Below are positions 52,839-64,000 of a stretch of 64,000 nucleotides of DNA, piece by piece (the first letter of the stretch is position 1; each line of letters begins with the position of its first letter). The translations under genes were made by a program, and so were the position numbers. Below the pieces are notes generated by a model. It ran no database searches and had not been told where the DNA came from. It was given only the letters and a program-made list of their open reading frames with translations. Location: assembly GCA_963693365.1 (NCBI GenBank), contig CAVNZM010000014.1, positions 1,178,001 through 1,242,000 on the forward strand, read 5' to 3'. Source of the stretch: Amoebidium appalachense (lineage: Eukaryota; Protista; Ichthyosporea).

Positions 52839-53534
52839 GTCAAATGTGTGTGTGTGTGTGTAATATACTCACTGGTCGTAGTTGGGGAAAGGTACCTTTC
52901 TACCTAACTTTTATCTTGTTTTATCTTGTTTTTCTTTCATTTGGTAGGTTTTTGGCTAATGGGTGCAGGTACATACCTGTTTGCGGCTTACAATGCTTAG
53001 TGTTAGTCATTGGTGAGGGGAGTACATTGGGTTACAATGTAACTGAATTGATTAATGTGTGTGGACACTCGCGCACTGGCATAAAGGCAGGCACGCATAA
53101 AGGCAGACAAATTCATCGGTTTCTTTATTTTTATCTTAACCTATCATCAACCAATTTATTTTTATATTCACTAATTTATGTGTCAGCATTATGTATTCCC
53201 CTTCACCCCTTCCGAGTCTAATAGATAATACATACTTTTTTTATTGGTTCCAAGCCCCCACATGATCATACTAACATCACAGTCATGAAGACACACTCCA
53301 TTGAGCCTCGCGTTGCAAACTAATAATACCAACATGACAGTCGGATGTATAGTCCAAGTATCAACAACTAGGCCATGCGTAATCTAGGGTGGTGCAATAT
53401 CTGCACCCCCCGTGTTCGTGTATGCATATACATGCTGCATAGAACAACCAATAAACTCGAATCATGCCTATAAATAACATCGTGCTTGAACGGATTTGTT
53501 CTCTGAAGACATGAGTAAGGGGTCTTGCGAGTCA

Positions 53535-53566
<32 letters not shown>

Positions 53567-53891
53567 ACAAAAAAAAAAAAAAAAAAAAAAGAAAGAAAGA
53601 AAGCACACGCACACACACACACCACGTCCACCCCGCTACAACGCAGTGCGCGCACACAAACACACGGTGTACGTGCATGCGCACCATCACCACTCACCTA
53701 CCCACCCCGTCGGCGGCCCTGGCCTGCTATAGCTACATTAGTCCTGACCGGCCCCGCTGGAGTTCGTGAAGTTCATGTAATCAGCCAGAGATCTAATATT
53801 AGAAACTCAGCCTGTGCCTGCAGCTGGCTTGCAATTGAGTCCCACCTCAAGCTGGGGCAGCATGGATAATGGCCATGGGCTCTGCCTACAC

Positions 53892-53922
<31 letters not shown>

Positions 53923-54222
53923 GCGTGCACGGGGGCAGGCGGTCGCAAGCCTACACACACACACACACGTGCACCGCGACACACACACACACACGGGGGC
54001 AGGCGGCCGCAGCCTACGTGACCGCGCACGGCGCACAGGCTACGTACTGTTTTGTTGAAAACTTCATGTCACGTGACATTGAATTTGCGCGCTTTGCGCT
54101 GATTCGTCACAAACGCACCAAATCTCATTTTTCTCGATTTTGATTGGCTGTCACGTCACCAGCGAATGCCCTATATGATGAGCCACATATGTCTCGATCG
54201 GAGATGGGGCTGCCGTGGCCAT

Positions 54223-54582
54223 TGAGTCGGTTCGCGTGAATCTAAATATCTAAATACTTGGCGAATTTGTCGTTCTCTAAATATCTAAAAGTCTGCTGGA
54301 TTCGTGTAGAGCAGTTTATAGACTGAATTATCTTGATCGTATATCGCAATTCTATTGGATAAAAGATATTCAAGCAGGTTCCAAGGACCAATTGTCTCAT
54401 CCAAGACATCTAGAAGACTCCCCCCCTCCCCCTCTTCCAGATGCGCCTATCGATGGGAAAGGGTCGAAATCAATCTAGATTTTATGCAATTTAGTTTAAC
54501 AGATCGATCGGATTGCGGAAAGTTTATACGTAAATTTAACAATCTAGACATTTAGATATTTAGATTTACGCGAAGCGACTCA
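54223..54582. mobile_element. MITE-like element with ~33-bp terminal inverted repeats
   Basis: Left TGAGTCGGTTCGCGTGAATCTAAATATCTAAAT versus reverse complement of right end TGAGTCGCTTCGCGTAAATCTAAATATCTAAAT (2 mismatches). Internal subterminal TCTAAATATCTAAA/TCTAGA repeats. No clear target-site duplication. Confidence 0.8.
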
Positions 54583-54704
54583 GTATCTATGAGGGCAAAA
54601 ACAGTCCGACACTCCGAACCAACATCACATGTTTTTAGGCACATGTAGGGATATTCAACAGGCAAGAGCTGTTTTCATATGCCTGTAGGGCACACAGCCT
54701 GAAA

Positions 54705-61707
<7,003 letters not shown>

Positions 61708-62102
61708 CTAATATTAAGATAGATAAATTTAAAATGGCTAAAAGGCTCAGATGATGTATTGGCCTAGTTTTTTGTAGCTGAAGGAGACACGTTTACATGT
61801 GTGATATACAGTTTACGTATACGTGATAGTATAACGTTCAAGAGGAATTCAAACCAGATGCAGATTGTTGTCAGATGTGTATTTTATTGAATTCGTGAAG
61901 CTGAAGTGGTTTGTCGAATTCTAGTGTGATGTTTGAATAATATGATGTTACACAAATCAAGGGTTTATGTGTCTGCATGAACGTAAATTGGTATGTAAAC
62001 AGTCGTTGTTTGGTTGTGCAATTGTCCTGATTGTTGTTTCGGACAGAAGAGGTAAGACCTTCTGGTGGTGATGGTGGTGGGGTGGTGGTGGGGTAGGTGG
62101 GT

Positions 62103-62151
<49 letters not shown>

Positions 62152-62298
62152 ATTTGAATGCGGAACACGGTACGAAGCTTAAGTACGCATACACGATGAG
62201 AAGCATGGTGCAGGACACATGCAAAGGCAAACATTCAAGTATGCAACATCAGCAATGCCCACATATGCATCATAAGCAGAGCCCATCCTCAGGAGGGT

Positions 62299-62333
<35 letters not shown>

Positions 62334-63009
62334 CTCTCTTAGGGAAACACTGTCAGATTCGGTTCTGATTCCAAAATAAATTTGAACTAATTTTGTAACT
62401 CTTGGATTTGCCGATAAACATGTAAGAGCATACAGCAAAGGAACACGCACGTGTGCACAACTAAAACCACACACTGTTTCAGGCATGTAAACGCACAGTC
62501 GCCACACAAAGCCCTTTATAAACGTGGGATGATTTTGATTTTACACATAACCGAAAACATTCATGAACACACCAATGCACCTTAGGACCGCTTTACTTGC
62601 TCGTACCAAGTGACCCACTATATTTGGTCGATTCACGTATTAACCATCTACGGAGCTACCAGGCCCCAGTTCACACATTCAGTAACAACAAAAACGAAAA
62701 AAGGTGTTCATATTTTCTTTGGTAGGTACGCGTCTATGTACGGATGCAAGTATGGCGGCTGCGCTAATCTTACCTAATTTGCTTAGTCGTCTACTATCAA
62801 AAAACGTACCCGAAACACGAAGTAAAGTAAAATACAACAATGTGTGTATGGACATATAGCCCTAACCAGACAATGGGCATTACATGCAAAGTTCACATTT
62901 ACCAACTCGACCACCATTACAACTAGAAACTATCAAAACAACGACAAAAAAAATAATATATACACATTACATGACCCTGCAACAACACCACTAACAACCA
63001 GTTCATACC

Positions 63010-63673
63010 CTACATAGTTATTTGGGAGGAATTCTGACTCTCCAACTCAACCATTAGTTTCGCCTTTTGCTCTCTTAACCCTTTTAACTCCCCTTCCGCT
63101 TCTTTTACCAACAGATGTAATTCCTTGTTTCTCCTTTGCAAATCCTGTAGCGTCGCTCGCGTCCCAGCTCTAACCTCTCTTTCTTTCTCTTCTTTCGCTT
63201 TCTCTTTCTCCTCTTTCACTCTCTCCTTCTCCCTCTCCCTTTCCTCTTTTGCTCTCTCTTTCTCTTTCTCCTTTCTCTCCTTCTTATCTTTCTTTTCTTG
63301 TGACTTCTCCCTCTTTAACGTAACCTCCATATCTCTTTCTTTTTCTCTTTCTTCCTTCTTCTTTTCTTTCTCTTTTTCTTTATCCTTATCTTTCCCAAAT
63401 GCTTTTCTCAACCACGAAGGACCGTGACTCCTGTCTCGGTCCTGAGACATTCTCCTTTCTATCCCCAATTCTTCCGAAAGTCTTCGTTCCCTTTCATCCG
63501 ACCCCCTCCTGTCAGAGGTTAAAGATTCGCTTTCATCTTCTTCTTGTATGCCTGTGGATGGGAGTTTAACCACAGGCAGGCCAGAGAGTTGATTGTAGGA
63601 AGGTGGTTTGCCCTCGTATTCGCTCGGTGGTGGCGGGATGGCGAAATCGACAAGCTGCGCAGTGTTGTTGTTG

Positions 63674-63674
<1 letters not shown>
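63010..63674 (-). CDS. Terminal exon of a gene starting beyond the window: Pro-rich PPSY segment, K/E/R-rich charged tract, C-terminal coiled coil
   Basis: (CA)n-AG acceptor on the minus strand at 63677-63675. Open frame NNNTAQLVDFAIPPPPSEYEGKPPSYNQ...EKEKKKEERE...LQDLQRRNKELHLLVKEAEGELKGLREQKAKL...ITM-TAG. Confidence 0.7.
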
Positions 63675-63732
<58 letters not shown>

Positions 63733-63905
63733 TTGGGGGGGGTTGCTGGTCGTGGTGGGTTCGTGGTGGTGGCGGAGGAGGGGGAGGAGCTGAAGGAGTG
63801 GGGGAACGAGGTGGGAGAAGGAGGTGTGTGTGTGTGTGTTGGGGGGGGGGGGGGGAAGGGTGTGACAGGGGTACTAAGAATCTATCAGAAAGGTAACCGG
63901 CATCC

Positions 63906-63949
<44 letters not shown>

Positions 63950-64000
63950 AAAAAAAAACCAAACCCAACCCCAACCCCAACTCCCCCTCCCCCCGGAACC

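Overview
Eukaryotic genomic DNA, rich in introns and simple repeats: poly-C/poly-G runs, (CA)n and (CT)n. Most of the 6-frame ORF track is repeat noise, so I rebuilt the genes by hand from splice sites, checking intron phase at each junction. (1) 2577-17544 (+): 22 exons, ~1576 aa secreted mosaic protein made of signal peptide, WSC, beta-trefoil, aerolysin/ETX-MTX2-like pore-forming domain, 2 EGF, 2 copies of an unrecognised Cys domain and 4 F-type lectin domains. This candidate lectin-guided pore-forming toxin is the main finding. (2) 21891-33399 (+): TBC1D10/EPI64-like Rab-GAP. (3) 37819-34565 (-): RING + TRAF-type zinc-finger gene with patterned lesions (three missing-A frameshifts, an AT instead of GT donor, Cys->Tyr). 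(4) 39237-40931 (+): intronless low-complexity protein with a possible split HMG box. (5) 44755-44201 (-): intronless YhbS-like GNAT. (6) 46075-52838 (+): FAD-linked D-lactate dehydrogenase-like gene with no obvious presequence. (7) 54705-61707 (+): class-3 lipase fused to a hydrophobic/coiled-coil region and a propeller-like tail, with an in-frame TGA and further lesions. Terminal exons of neighbouring genes probably lie at both window ends. Many introns have poly-C just after the donor and (CA)n in place of a polypyrimidine tract before the acceptor. Two MITE-like elements and a palindromic minisatellite are also present. The gene content looks opisthokont-like, but the taxon cannot be established from this window. 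All domain calls are by-eye motif recognition, not database results.
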